A DNA stretch of 64,000 bases, taken from contig JAKAWT010000002.1 of NCBI GenBank assembly GCA_021816845.1, positions 213,329 to 277,328 of the forward strand. The letters are read 5' to 3'. This document shows, in pieces, positions 29,031 through 39,556 of the stretch. The position numbers were made by a program, and so were the translations under genes. Positions within the stretch are counted from its first letter, which is position 1. Each line of letters opens with the position of its first letter. The notes beneath the pieces were generated by a model that was not told the DNA's origin, searched no databases, and worked only from the letters and a program-made list of their open reading frames with translations. This DNA comes from a bacterium. Lineage in GTDB: Bacteria; Patescibacteriota; Dojkabacteria; JAKAPS01; JAJZLI01.

Positions 29031-30599
29031 CTATATTCTCCAATCCTCAACAGACTGATATCTTTGGTGAGGATATGCAATGTTGTTGAAGTTTAATCCT
29101 GTTATATCTTTATTCTCAAGATATATAAAGTTTCTACTATAAAGAAATACTGCAGGAGCTAGAGATATAAGGTTCTGTTGGAATAGCTGATAAGCTAATT
29201 TTCTCGTTTTTCTGTTTATTGAATTTATACCAATCAATAAAAGTCTATCTATATTTGAATTTGATAGGTGTGATATATTTTTATAACTTCTTGAATACCA
29301 CAGACTGAAATTATTAGGATCCACACTTCCCTTTATATTGGTCAGAATTGCATCATACTTTCCACTCTTTATAATTTTGTTAATACCATCCTTACTTTTT
29401 TTTATAAATCCTACATTGATTCCTATATTACTCCAAGTATTTTTAAGATAATTGATTATAGAGTATGGTACATTATCATAATATACAAAAAGATTGTTTT
29501 GGGATAAACTTGTTGAACTTGTTTGTAGATAGTGTTGTGCCAAAATAGGATTATATGTAAAATGTAACATTGATTTTGAGTTATAATAAGCCCATGAAGT
29601 TTTAGATATAGGTCCATATATTGGTACTGCGTTATTATTAAGATATTTTTGTACAATAGTATTTCTTGATATAGAGTATTCCATTGCATATCTAAAATTA
29701 ATATCTGTTATTTTATTAAGGTTAAAAAATAATGCAGTATATGAATATGGCATTTGTGATTCATATACATTTATATTAGAGGATAATTTATTTTTATTAA
29801 TATACTGTACATACGCACCATCTATTTCATCATATTTGAGAGCTTTAAGAACATCATTCTCATTTTTAAATATTTGTATTTTAAAATATTTAAAATGAGG
29901 TTTACCAAGGAAGTAATTGTCAAATCTTCTAAAATTAATTTCACTGTCCGTAACAGATGTAATAATATATGGTCCTGTTCCTATTATATTTGATGTATGT
30001 TCAAGATAATTTGCTCCATATGGAACAACATTAAACCCTATATCCTCAAAAAAAGTAACATCTATCTGTTGTAGAACAAATTCAATACTATATTTTGAAA
30101 GTTTTTTTACCTCTATGTTAGATAATACTGATGAAGGGAAATTTTCTTTTTCAAAATTAAAAGAATATATAACATCAGATGCTGTAAGTTTCTGTCCATT
30201 TTGGAATAGAATATTGTGTTTTAAATATATGATATATTTTGTACCTTTATTTTCTTTTTTGTATGATTGTGCAAGTACCCCTTTTATATTTCCATTTGAT
30301 TGCACTTCAAATAATTTATTAAAGACTAATTGATTAATATCATTCTCCAAAGTCATATTGGATCCACTGTATGGGTTATATAAAGTTGTTTGTGCAATAA
30401 TACCTTCACTGTAGGTACTTGAAGTTAAAAATTGAAGATTAAAGAAGTTATTCTGATATAGGATAAATGTAAGAATTATTGCAAGTATTATATAAAAAAC
30501 GATATATGATTTCGGAGAATATTTTCTAAAAAATGAGTGTATAGTATAGGGATAATCCCATAAACCTTCTCTAAACTTAAGAAATAATGATTTAAACAT
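29031..30599 (-). CDS. ABC transporter substrate-binding protein, family 5 (peptide/nickel SBP-like), membrane-anchored
   Basis: N-terminal TM, IGTGPYIITS motif typical of SBP_bac_5, 522 aa. Confidence 0.6.
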   Translation of the reverse strand: MFKSLFLKFREGLWDYPYTIHSFFRKYSPKSYIVFYIILAIILTFILYQNNFFNLQFLTSSTYSEGIIAQTTLYNPYSGSNMTLENDINQLVFNKLFEVQSNGNIKGVLAQSYKKENKGTKYIIYLKHNILFQNGQKLTASDVIYSFNFEKENFPSSVLSNIEVKKLSKYSIEFVLQQIDVTFFEDIGFNVVPYGANYLEHTSNIIGTGPYIITSVTDSEINFRRFDNYFLGKPHFKYFKIQIFKNENDVLKALKYDEIDGAYVQYINKNKLSSNINVYESQMPYSYTALFFNLNKITDINFRYAMEYSISRNTIVQKYLNNNAVPIYGPISKTSWAYYNSKSMLHFTYNPILAQHYLQTSSTSLSQNNLFVYYDNVPYSIINYLKNTWSNIGINVGFIKKSKDGINKIIKSGKYDAILTNIKGSVDPNNFSLWYSRSYKNISHLSNSNIDRLLLIGINSINRKTRKLAYQLFQQNLISLAPAVFLYSRNFIYLENKDITGLNFNNIAYPHQRYQSVEDWRI

Positions 30600-30611
30600 A
30601 GGATCTTACTA

Positions 30612-30875
30612 TTAACCCTGCTTTGCTACAACTAAAGATAGAATAGTACTTGTTACAAATAATACACCAAGAATAATAGTTGCATAGAGAAGAAGTTTAT
30701 CAAAACCTCTTCTTGATCTATATGATTCTCCACCAGATGATCCACCAAAAGCTACGGACAAGCCGGCACCTCTATTTTGTAGTATAATAACTATAATAAG
30801 AAGTGATGCTAGAACTATTTGTAATATATCAAGTTGATTCGAATTCATATATAAGATAATATCAATAATATGCAA
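30612..30875 (-). CDS. secG: preprotein translocase subunit SecG
   Basis: VIILQNRGAGLSVAFGGSSGG...TIILGVLFVTSTILSL: the SecG LLQxGKG / FGGG signature between two TM helices. Confidence 0.65.
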   Translation of the reverse strand: MHIIDIILYMNSNQLDILQIVLASLLIIVIILQNRGAGLSVAFGGSSGGESYRSRRGFDKLLLYATIILGVLFVTSTILSLVVAKQG

Positions 30876-32834
30876 AAAATAAAAATTGCTACTACAATAG
30901 TTATTTTGACTATTTCCGTTTTAACATTTTTTCACAGTGTTGACCATGTATATGCTCAAACCTTAGGCACTGGTACCTCAGGTACTGGTACCTCTCCATT
31001 TAGTGTTGATTATAACATTTTATACAACATATCAAAAGATGGTACTGCAACAGTATCATATGATATCAAACTTGTAAACCTAACCCCTACTACCTATGCA
31101 TCATCTTATTCAATTGCCCTAACATCAACTGATGCTTCTTCAATATCCGTAGTCTCATCTTCAGGATCTAATCTCCCCTTTACTGTAACTAAGGGAGCAA
31201 CATCAACTTCAATTTTAACTAAATTCCCGAATTCAGTATATGGTTATGGTACATATCAGGAATGGACTATTAATTTTACAACTAACCAGATATCTAAGAT
31301 GCAGGGAGATTTGATGAATATTATGATTCCTGGATTTCAGCAAAAGAGTCTTATATCTCAGGTTACAACAACTGTAGAAGTTCCATCATCTCTAGGTCCA
31401 ATTAATTTTGCATCTCCTCAATTCCCTCAGATTGCTACAAATGGAAGTAATACAACATATACATATAACTCAAGTCAATCTTATTCTCAAAGAGGTATAT
31501 TGTTAATACTTGGTAGTTATCAAATTTATAAATTTAAATTTCATTACAAATTACAGAATCCTAATTTTTTTTCAAAAGAATCATATAAGATAGTTGTACC
31601 TGCAGACTACAAAACACAGTCAGTGATATTCTCAAAGATATATCCACAACCCACAAAGACATACATAGATTCTGATGGTAATTATATAGTGGAATATGTA
31701 TTATCTCCAAGGGCAAGTTTTACAACCACAATTGAAGGAGAAGCTAAAGTTTTTTCTACATATAATAATTTTAAGAATGCTTTACCCCAAAAACAATATT
31801 TATCTAAAAGTGACATAAAGATATATACTGCTAGTCAGCCTTACTGGCAAACTACAAACACATATATAAAGAATCTAGCTAAGAGCATTATAAAGGGTGA
31901 TACAACAACATTACAAAAGGCTCAATCTATAGAAAATTATGTAGCAGGAAAACTTGTATATAATCAAAAAGCAATCTTTGACCCTCAAAGAAAAAGATTG
32001 GGTGCAATAGTTGCTCTAGAAGAGCCTAATAACGCAATATGCCAAGAATATGTAGATGTTTTTGTAACACTTGCAAGAGCAGATGGAATACCCGCTCGTA
32101 TGATAGCAGGATATGGGGATCCTCCTGATATTAATGTAAATCCTTTGCCTCCAGATATTTTGCATGCCTGGGTACAATTTTACACACCATCTTTTGGTTG
32201 GGTAACTGCTGATCCAACATGGCAATCTACATCAGGTGGATTTAACTTTTTTGGTAATATTGGATCTAATCATCTAATCCTTGCAAGATATGGGCATAGC
32301 TCTGTAAATCCTCCTCTCATATTATCATTTGTAAGGGAGAAAAATCCTCAAAACAACATTAATATAGAAGCAGTTAATGCTCCATTTGTAGTTCATCCAA
32401 ATTTCAGCCTTACAGTATTGAATGATAATAGTCTAGTTTCAGGATTTGAAAATATACTAGAAATTAATATAAAAAATACTGGAAATCAAGTTTTACGTGG
32501 ACATGATATCACAGTGTCATCTAACCAAGGTGTAACAATAGGAAAAATTAATATTTCCAGTAATGCTATTTTTCCAGGATCTTCAGAGGTCATAAAGATA
32601 CCTATAAAAACAAATGATTATTTCTCAAGTGGAACAAAAGAAATCAATATAGATGCAACATTCTATACATACCACAAAAAAGCTGTAAATGAAAAGATCA
32701 ATAGTCTTCTAACATTTAATCCTTTGTTTGTATCAGGAATAGTACCTTGGATTCTAATTATTATCATATTCATACTCTCTATAATATTTGTAGACCTACT
32801 TTTTAGGTTTAAAAACACTAAAAGCAAGAGTTAA
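30870..32834 (+). CDS. transglutaminase-like cysteine protease-fold protein, secreted with C-terminal TM anchor
   Basis: Signal peptide; core CQEYVDVFVTLARADGIPARMIAGY ... HAWVQFYTPSFGWVTADPT (Cys-His-Asp transglutaminase triad context); C-terminal hydrophobic helix. Confidence 0.65.
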   Translation: MQKIKIATTIVILTISVLTFFHSVDHVYAQTLGTGTSGTGTSPFSVDYNILYNISKDGTATVSYDIKLVNLTPTTYASSYSIALTSTDASSISVVSSSGSNLPFTVTKGATSTSILTKFPNSVYGYGTYQEWTINFTTNQISKMQGDLMNIMIPGFQQKSLISQVTTTVEVPSSLGPINFASPQFPQIATNGSNTTYTYNSSQSYSQRGILLILGSYQIYKFKFHYKLQNPNFFSKESYKIVVPADYKTQSVIFSKIYPQPTKTYIDSDGNYIVEYVLSPRASFTTTIEGEAKVFSTYNNFKNALPQKQYLSKSDIKIYTASQPYWQTTNTYIKNLAKSIIKGDTTTLQKAQSIENYVAGKLVYNQKAIFDPQRKRLGAIVALEEPNNAICQEYVDVFVTLARADGIPARMIAGYGDPPDINVNPLPPDILHAWVQFYTPSFGWVTADPTWQSTSGGFNFFGNIGSNHLILARYGHSSVNPPLILSFVREKNPQNNINIEAVNAPFVVHPNFSLTVLNDNSLVSGFENILEINIKNTGNQVLRGHDITVSSNQGVTIGKINISSNAIFPGSSEVIKIPIKTNDYFSSGTKEINIDATFYTYHKKAVNEKINSLLTFNPLFVSGIVPWILIIIIFILSIIFVDLLFRFKNTKSKS

Positions 32835-32927
32835 TAATACATAAAAAGGCTTAATTCTCTAATTTTTTACATGTTTTAGCAATTATATAGGGTAACTTGA
32901 CAAAAATTCTCCATATCTTTAGAATGG

Positions 32928-35729
32928 ATGTATCCTATGAATAATAATTTAAAGGTTATATATCAATTTAATGAGGTTAGTGGTAGAGATTATATGAAGC
33001 TTGGTGATAAATCTATGAGTATAGGTGCTATATATAATCTATCTATACCTACTCCCCCTGGTTTTATTATTTCAGCTGATGCATATAACTTTTTCATAGA
33101 TATAACTAATTTAAAAGAACAGATAAAGGATCTTTTGGAAAAAACAGATTTTGATGATGAGAATTCTATACAAGAGGTTTCATCTAGGATTGAAGATAGC
33201 ATAATGAAATCAGAAATACCTCCTCAAGCTGAAAGAGAAATTGCTAGAGCTTATTCAAAATTATCTGGATTCTCTGATAGTACAGTTTCAGTAAGATCTT
33301 CATATATCTTTGGAGAGAATGTAGAAATTCCAGATAATATAATTCAGAATACATTTATAAATATAAAAGGTTTAGCAGAACTGACTTTAGCAATAAAAGC
33401 CTGTTGGGCAAGTTTATTTGAACCTGAGGTTTTAAAATATAGGAAAGAAAATAATGTTGATATTGTAAAAACAAGTACATCAATTCTCATACAAAAGATG
33501 GTTCAGGTAGAGGCTTCAGGACTAATGTTTACAGTATCACCTATTGATAGGGATATACATACACTTTCTATACAAGCAATACTTGGTACTATAGATGGAA
33601 TAAAATCTGGAGAGATTACTCCAGACAATTATCATATAGACAAAAAAACTTTAAAGTTTAAGGAGAAAGAAATTTCCAAACAGGAACATATGTTTGTAAA
33701 GAATCATAAATCAAAGAGTAATACTGATGAAAGTATGAAAGTTAAGATTGCATCCAAGTGGCAAGAGAATCAAAAGATAGATAATAAAAATATAATTACG
33801 TTAGCAAGATATGGATTATTATTGGAAGATATGTATAAAAGACCACAAGCTGTAGAGTGGTCTATAGAAAAGGGAAAACTGTGGGTATTAAAATCTCTAA
33901 ATATGCCTAGCTTTGATGAAAATGACCTTTTAAATATGGAGGATAACACAGAAGATAAAAGTATCAAAGCTGAAGAGGAAACAGAGAAAGTATCTCCAGA
34001 GGTAGCACCCCAAGAGGTATCACCTCAAGAAGAAATACCTCTAAAGGAAGTGGCTGATGATAACAACCCTCCTGGAAGTGTAACAGCAGCAATAAGATAT
34101 GATACTAATCTTCTTCTTACAGGATCACCTGCTTATCCTGGTATAGTCTATGGGACAGTTAAAGTAGTTAAAGATCTTAGTGAACAGGATACAGTTGAAA
34201 ATGGGGACATCATTGTCTGTGAGAATATCAATGATGATTGGAGAGAAGTATTAAGAAAAGTTAATGGTCTTATTATAGATAAGGGTAGTATAGATTCTAA
34301 AGCAGTACAAATTGCAAAAGAAATGGATATCCCTTGCATAGTGGGTGCAGAAATAGGCACAAAGGTACTTGTAAGTGGAGAGAAAATATTTTTTGATGGA
34401 TCTGTAGGAAGAATATATAAAGATAATAGTATAGGATCAACTAATAAAACTGATACTATTGATTATAAAATTGAAGACGTATCACCTATTAAAGAAAGTG
34501 AGGGAACTTCAGAGAAACCTCAAGAAACAATGCCTACAGAGGAAGTAGATAAAAAGGTTGAAAATTTAGAGGATGAGAAAACAACAGTAGATACCAAGGA
34601 ACAGATTTCTGAACCAGTCATAGAATCAGAGGTTCCAGAACCAGTTCCAGAACAAAGTCCAGAACCAGTGCCAGAACAAGAGGCTCCTGAAACAATCATA
34701 AATAATGGTGTAGAGCAAGCTCCTGAAACTGCCCCGGAGCTTGCCCAAGAACCAGAGGTTCCAGAACCAGTTCCAGAACAAAAGGTAGTTATAGATAATG
34801 ATAGCCACAAAAAGTCAAAAAATGAGAAGAGTATTTTAACCGCAACAAAGGTATATACAACAATATTTGATAGCAAACTATCAAAGGAGATACCAAAAAC
34901 AAACTTAGATGGAGTTGTAGTTTATGCAGACGATTTAATTCTCGATCTAAAGGTACATCCTAAACAGATACTATCTATACAAAAAAATAAAGAATATATA
35001 GAGGATATATCAAAAAAGGTTATAGAAATATGTGATAGTGTAACCAACTCGAGGAATGTTATATATACCCTATCTAATTTTACATCCAATGAATTTTTAC
35101 AACTAGAAGGAGGGGTTCAATTTGAAATACAAGAAGAGAATCCTTTAATAGGTTACAGAGGAACATTAAGAAATATAAAAGAGATAGAAGTTCTAAATAT
35201 GGAACTTGAAATTATAAAAAATGTGAGGAATAAACATGGTTATAAAAACCTTTGGATTATGATTCCATATGTAAGGACTCCAGAAGAATTAGTAGAGATG
35301 AAGAAAATTATATCATCTCAAAATTTAAAACGCTCATCAACATTTAAGATATTTATTGATCTACAAGTACCTTCCAACATTATTGCAATAGATGATCTTC
35401 TAGATATTGGTGTTGATGGGATTAACATAAACCTTGATGAACTATCCCAAATGGTATTGGGAATAGATTATAAAAACCCTAAGATACAAAAGGAAGTTAT
35501 ATCGACAAATAGTATAATGAGAAAAGCAATAGAGTCAATTTTGAAAAGCTCAAATGAACATAAAATATTAAACTCTATATCAGGAAGGAATATATCTGAT
35601 GATCAAGAATTTTTAGAATTCCTTATTAAGCATGGGATGAATATCATAAATGCTGAAACTGATAAAGTATATAGTGTCAAAGAAAAGCTTGCACAAATAG
35701 AAAGAGAATATATACTAAAGAAATCTTAG
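32928..35729 (+). CDS. PEP synthase/pyruvate phosphate dikinase-like protein with degenerate phospho-His site and Pro/Glu-rich repeat insertion
   Basis: N-terminal PPDK_N-like ATP-grasp (IPTPPGFIISADAY), PEP-utilizer mobile domain (GSIDSKAVQIAKEMDIPCIVG, His position occupied by Ser), C-terminal PEP-utilizers TIM barrel (LWIMIPYVRTPEEL, IGVDGININLDELSQ); EPVPEQ repeats at 34550-34800. Start may be the Met at 32994. Confidence 0.6.
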   Translation: MYPMNNNLKVIYQFNEVSGRDYMKLGDKSMSIGAIYNLSIPTPPGFIISADAYNFFIDITNLKEQIKDLLEKTDFDDENSIQEVSSRIEDSIMKSEIPPQAEREIARAYSKLSGFSDSTVSVRSSYIFGENVEIPDNIIQNTFINIKGLAELTLAIKACWASLFEPEVLKYRKENNVDIVKTSTSILIQKMVQVEASGLMFTVSPIDRDIHTLSIQAILGTIDGIKSGEITPDNYHIDKKTLKFKEKEISKQEHMFVKNHKSKSNTDESMKVKIASKWQENQKIDNKNIITLARYGLLLEDMYKRPQAVEWSIEKGKLWVLKSLNMPSFDENDLLNMEDNTEDKSIKAEEETEKVSPEVAPQEVSPQEEIPLKEVADDNNPPGSVTAAIRYDTNLLLTGSPAYPGIVYGTVKVVKDLSEQDTVENGDIIVCENINDDWREVLRKVNGLIIDKGSIDSKAVQIAKEMDIPCIVGAEIGTKVLVSGEKIFFDGSVGRIYKDNSIGSTNKTDTIDYKIEDVSPIKESEGTSEKPQETMPTEEVDKKVENLEDEKTTVDTKEQISEPVIESEVPEPVPEQSPEPVPEQEAPETIINNGVEQAPETAPELAQEPEVPEPVPEQKVVIDNDSHKKSKNEKSILTATKVYTTIFDSKLSKEIPKTNLDGVVVYADDLILDLKVHPKQILSIQKNKEYIEDISKKVIEICDSVTNSRNVIYTLSNFTSNEFLQLEGGVQFEIQEENPLIGYRGTLRNIKEIEVLNMELEIIKNVRNKHGYKNLWIMIPYVRTPEELVEMKKIISSQNLKRSSTFKIFIDLQVPSNIIAIDDLLDIGVDGININLDELSQMVLGIDYKNPKIQKEVISTNSIMRKAIESILKSSNEHKILNSISGRNISDDQEFLEFLIKHGMNIINAETDKVYSVKEKLAQIEREYILKKS
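34600..34800 (+). repeat. in-frame tandem nucleotide repeat (gaaccagttccagaacaa-type units) encoding an (E/S)PEPVPEQ low-complexity linker
   Basis: Visible direct repeats ccagaaccagttccagaacaa...ccagaaccagtgccagaacaa...ccagaaccagttccagaacaa; they generate spurious antisense ORFs 34520..34876 and 34626..34808. Confidence 0.7.
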
Positions 35730-35758
35730 ACTGAGTAATATTATTAGTAAGGAAAATT

Positions 35759-37282
35759 ATGACTCCACAAAATACAGTGCATAGAGATACTCTGTATCGG
35801 GATACCGTTCTTGTCATACTAGATGGATTTGGAATATCAGAGAAAAGGAAAGGTAATGCAGTAATATCAGCTAACACCCCATTTTTAGATTCTATATATC
35901 AAAAGAGTTACTACTCAGAACTTGAGGCTTCTGGAGAATATGTTGGACTTGAAAAGAATGTTATGGGAAATAGTGAAGTTGGTCACTTAAACATAGGGGC
36001 AGGTAGGATTGTAAAACAATACTCTTTAATGATAGATGAGGATATAAAGAATAACAATTTTTTTGAGAACAAAGAAATAGATAAAGCTATACACAATGTA
36101 GAGACAAACAGGAGTAATATGCATATAATGGGACTTTTATCAGATGGCAAAGTACATTCTGACATCTCAAATTTTTATGCAATATTAAAGTATTTAAAAC
36201 AAAATGGTATAGATAAAGTTTATGTTCATATATTTTCAGATGGAAGGGATGCTGGTTATGAAAGTGTAAAAAGTTATATAAAGAAACTAGAGTCACACTC
36301 ACCAAAAAATTATATACTATCCTCCATCGTGGGCAGATATTATGCTATGGATAGAGATAATAGATGGGATAGAACAGAGAAAGCATTTAGATTACTAAGA
36401 TCACACTTTGGAATTGAGGTATCAAACATAAATGATGCTATAGATGAATCTTATAAAGAAGAGATATCTGATGAGTTTATAAAACCATACTATGTTAGAG
36501 GTACTCCAGAGGTTAAAGATAATGATTCTATGATATTCCTAAATTTTAGAGAAGACAGAGCAAGACAAATATCCAAACTTTTTATACAAAATACAAAAGT
36601 ATATTTTTTATCTATGATTCAATATGATAACTATGTTAAAAGATATATATACCCTAGTGTAAAAGTAAAAGACTCTTTATCTGAAGTAATATCCACAAAT
36701 AATCTCAAACAATTAAAGATTGCAGAAACAGAAAAATATGCCCATATAACATATTTTCTAAATGGAGGATATGAAAAAGCTTTTAGAGGAGAAGATAGAA
36801 TACTAGTACCATCACTTAAGGTTGCAACATATGATTTGGCTCCTCAAATGAGAACGCCGGAGATAACAGAAAAACTTATCTTAAGTTTAGAAAAAACTAA
36901 ATACTCTTTTGTTGCTATAAATTTTGCAGCAGCGGATATGGTTGGCCATACAGGAAATTTCAAAGCTGTGGTTGAAGCTATTGAGACTATAGATAGAAAT
37001 TTAAAACTTATATATGACGAATGTGTCAAAAAAAAGGATCTCAATTTAATCATTACTGCAGATCATGGAAATGCTGAAGAGATGATAAAGGACGAAGAAA
37101 TTTATAAGGAACATACTACAAATAAAGTACCATTCATATTCACCAATCAATCTATATCAAGAGGAAAAAGAATCAATGATGGGATACTTTCTGATATTGC
37201 ACCTACAATATTATATCTTCTAGGATTAGAAAAACCCAAAACAATGACAGGATCAAATCTTCTTGGTAAAATATATACATAA
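35759..37282 (+). CDS. gpmI: 2,3-bisphosphoglycerate-independent phosphoglycerate mutase
   Basis: MGNSEVGHLNIGAGR, DGRD, ADHGN motifs of iPGM; 507 aa. Confidence 0.85.
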   Translation: MTPQNTVHRDTLYRDTVLVILDGFGISEKRKGNAVISANTPFLDSIYQKSYYSELEASGEYVGLEKNVMGNSEVGHLNIGAGRIVKQYSLMIDEDIKNNNFFENKEIDKAIHNVETNRSNMHIMGLLSDGKVHSDISNFYAILKYLKQNGIDKVYVHIFSDGRDAGYESVKSYIKKLESHSPKNYILSSIVGRYYAMDRDNRWDRTEKAFRLLRSHFGIEVSNINDAIDESYKEEISDEFIKPYYVRGTPEVKDNDSMIFLNFREDRARQISKLFIQNTKVYFLSMIQYDNYVKRYIYPSVKVKDSLSEVISTNNLKQLKIAETEKYAHITYFLNGGYEKAFRGEDRILVPSLKVATYDLAPQMRTPEITEKLILSLEKTKYSFVAINFAAADMVGHTGNFKAVVEAIETIDRNLKLIYDECVKKKDLNLIITADHGNAEEMIKDEEIYKEHTTNKVPFIFTNQSISRGKRINDGILSDIAPTILYLLGLEKPKTMTGSNLLGKIYT

Positions 37283-38265
37283 TGCATGAATATAGAATTT
37301 CAAATAAGGAAGAGATAGAAGAATTACAGAAAGAATTTAAATCCAATTTTCTCCAGACTACATATTGGGCTGAATTTAAAAATTGGGATACTCACTACCT
37401 AGTTTTTGAAGACAATTCTAAAGTATATGGATATTGTGTTTTATTAATAGAGAAAAAATACTTTTTTAAATTAGCATATGTGCCACGAGGACCAATTTTA
37501 AATGATTATTCAAAGATTCTAGATTCTAAGTTTAAAAGTGCTATATCAAGTATTGAGGATTTTGCAAAAACACAACACGTGTCACTTTTAAAAATAGAAC
37601 CAGACCACTCTGATATTAACCATCAAGATGGCAACCATCCAGATGGCAACATCAACTACTCTGATATATTCAAAGGGTATATCAAGGTTAATGATTTCAT
37701 ACAACCAGTACAAACTGCTGTATTAGATGTAGGAGATAGAGATTTTATGATAAAAAATATATCTTCAAAATATAGAGGAAGAATAAGGAATAAATTTAAT
37801 TTAGAATTAAAAACTATTGATGATATAGACAAATTTTTTAAAGTTTATTCAGACACAGCAAATATAAAACACTTTAAACAAAGAAATATAGAATATTTTA
37901 AGAATATGAAATTTTATTTTAAAGATCATATAAAAATCTTTGGGGTCTATTACAATAATATCCTAATAGCAGCATCTTTTAATATATTATGGCAAGATAC
38001 ATTGACTTATCTTTATTCTGGATCAGATAAAAAGTATAACAACATGTATCCAGGATATTTTCTTGTTTTTGAGTCATCATTATCTATGAAAAATAATGGT
38101 ATAAAAATTACAGACTTATGGGGAGTTAGCGATGATAATACTAAATGGCAAGGATTTTCAGAATTCAAGAAAAATATCGGAGGTAGAGTTATTGATTTCC
38201 CAGGAAGTTTTGATTTACCATTAAACAAATTATATTATTCTATATATAAATTGATCAAAAGGTAG
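37282..38265 (+). CDS. FemAB-family peptidoglycan bridge-forming aminoacyltransferase
   Basis: FLQTTYWAEFK, YVPRGP, LTYLYSGS, MYPGYFLVFES, DLWGVSDD...W.GFS.FK motifs; paralogous to the convergent neighbour. Confidence 0.7.
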   Translation: MHEYRISNKEEIEELQKEFKSNFLQTTYWAEFKNWDTHYLVFEDNSKVYGYCVLLIEKKYFFKLAYVPRGPILNDYSKILDSKFKSAISSIEDFAKTQHVSLLKIEPDHSDINHQDGNHPDGNINYSDIFKGYIKVNDFIQPVQTAVLDVGDRDFMIKNISSKYRGRIRNKFNLELKTIDDIDKFFKVYSDTANIKHFKQRNIEYFKNMKFYFKDHIKIFGVYYNNILIAASFNILWQDTLTYLYSGSDKKYNNMYPGYFLVFESSLSMKNNGIKITDLWGVSDDNTKWQGFSEFKKNIGGRVIDFPGSFDLPLNKLYYSIYKLIKR

Positions 38266-38271
38266 AAGAAT

Positions 38272-39270
38272 CTATTTTAATGAGATTTCAAAGCTACCAG
38301 GGAAATTTACTACTTTAGATCCCATATTCCTTTTAAAATCGGAGAATCCTTTCCATGTTGGGTTGTCATCACTTACACCCCATAGATCCATCACTGAAGC
38401 TCCTCTATCTCTCATTAATAAGGCAGATTCAAATACCAGGAAATATCCAGGATACATATTATTTTTTTCCCTGATAGACCCAGCATAAAGGTATGTTAAA
38501 GTATGCCCATGTAAGATATTAAAAGAAGCTGCAATAAGTCTACCTTCATGATATACACCAAATATTTTTGTTTTATCTTTTAGGAATCTTTGCATATCTT
38601 CAAAATATGTTATATCTCTTTTTGTAAAATGCTGTCTTTCTGAAGTACTTTGATATACTCTAAAAAAATTATCCACAGTTTCATTTTCTTTGAGTTCAAG
38701 ATTAAACTTATTCTTGACTCTACCTCTATACTTAGAATCTATCTGACTTACCATCTCACTCCTAGATCCTATTTTAAGTAATGCAACTTTAGTAGGTTGC
38801 ACACCAACATCATGATCTACTTTTTTATATTTTCTAAAAATATTTTGATAATCAATATCATCGGAATATTCATCCATAAAATCTGGTTCTATTTTTAAAG
38901 ATGATACATGTTGTGTTTTTGCAAAGTTCTCGATAGCATCTATTGCAGTTCCAAATTGTAAAGGATTTCTCAGTACAGGACCACGAGGAACATATAGTTC
39001 TTTTTTAAATAAGGATTTCCTTTGTGTTAATAATATAGCATAACCAGATACAGACATACCATCTTTAAAAACCATATAATGAGGTATTACACCTTCTTTT
39101 TGTGTTTTAAATTCTGCCCACTCTGTAGTTTGAAGAAAACTAGATTGAAATTCTTCTTGTAGTTTTTTTATTTCTCTCTTATCTGAAAATTGATATTCAG
39201 GAATATTTACAGCTTCAGACATAGAGTTTAATCCAGCTCTAAATTGTTGATATTCAATTTCAGGTTGCAT
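38272..39270 (-). CDS. FemAB-family peptidoglycan bridge-forming aminoacyltransferase (second paralog)
   Basis: Same motif set (FLQTTEWAEFK, YVPRGP, LTYLYAGS, MYPGYFLVFES, DLWGVSDDNPTWKGFSDFK). Confidence 0.7.
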   Translation of the reverse strand: MQPEIEYQQFRAGLNSMSEAVNIPEYQFSDKREIKKLQEEFQSSFLQTTEWAEFKTQKEGVIPHYMVFKDGMSVSGYAILLTQRKSLFKKELYVPRGPVLRNPLQFGTAIDAIENFAKTQHVSSLKIEPDFMDEYSDDIDYQNIFRKYKKVDHDVGVQPTKVALLKIGSRSEMVSQIDSKYRGRVKNKFNLELKENETVDNFFRVYQSTSERQHFTKRDITYFEDMQRFLKDKTKIFGVYHEGRLIAASFNILHGHTLTYLYAGSIREKNNMYPGYFLVFESALLMRDRGASVMDLWGVSDDNPTWKGFSDFKRNMGSKVVNFPGSFEISLK

Positions 39271-39446
39271 GATAACATAGATTATATCATATCTCTACAT
39301 ATAACACTATACTATAGGAGAAATAATGCAGTCGTAAAATAATTGATGGATTAGGAATTCATTTTAATATTTATAACAGAATACTTATTCATGTAGAACA
39401 CATATATTATCAGTATATATTTCTAATATACTGTAATTTATCACAT

Positions 39447-39518
39447 TGAGGGCACCGGGATTCGAACCCGGAACAAACAGCTTAAAAGGCTGATGCTCTA
39501 CCGTTGAGCTATACCCCC
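39447..39518 (-). tRNA. tRNA-Lys(TTT)
   Basis: Acceptor GGGGGTA/TGCCCTC, anticodon loop CTTTTAA, T-loop GGGTTCGAATCCC. Confidence 0.8.
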
Positions 39519-39556
39519 AAATTTGTAATGATGATAACACAAAATCTTAAAATTAT

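Noticed and set aside
27865-29096. ORFs 27865..28707 (N-terminal third), 28857..29096 and 28892..29080 predicted across the tRNA cluster
   Set aside because: They read straight through six canonical tRNA genes on the minus strand; only the downstream part 27865..28392 (start MINILM) is kept as a CDS.
34520-34876. ORFs 34520..34876 and 34626..34808 on the minus strand
   Set aside because: They are products of the in-frame PEPVPEQ nucleotide repeat within the PEP-synthase-like gene; repeat DNA stays open in several frames.
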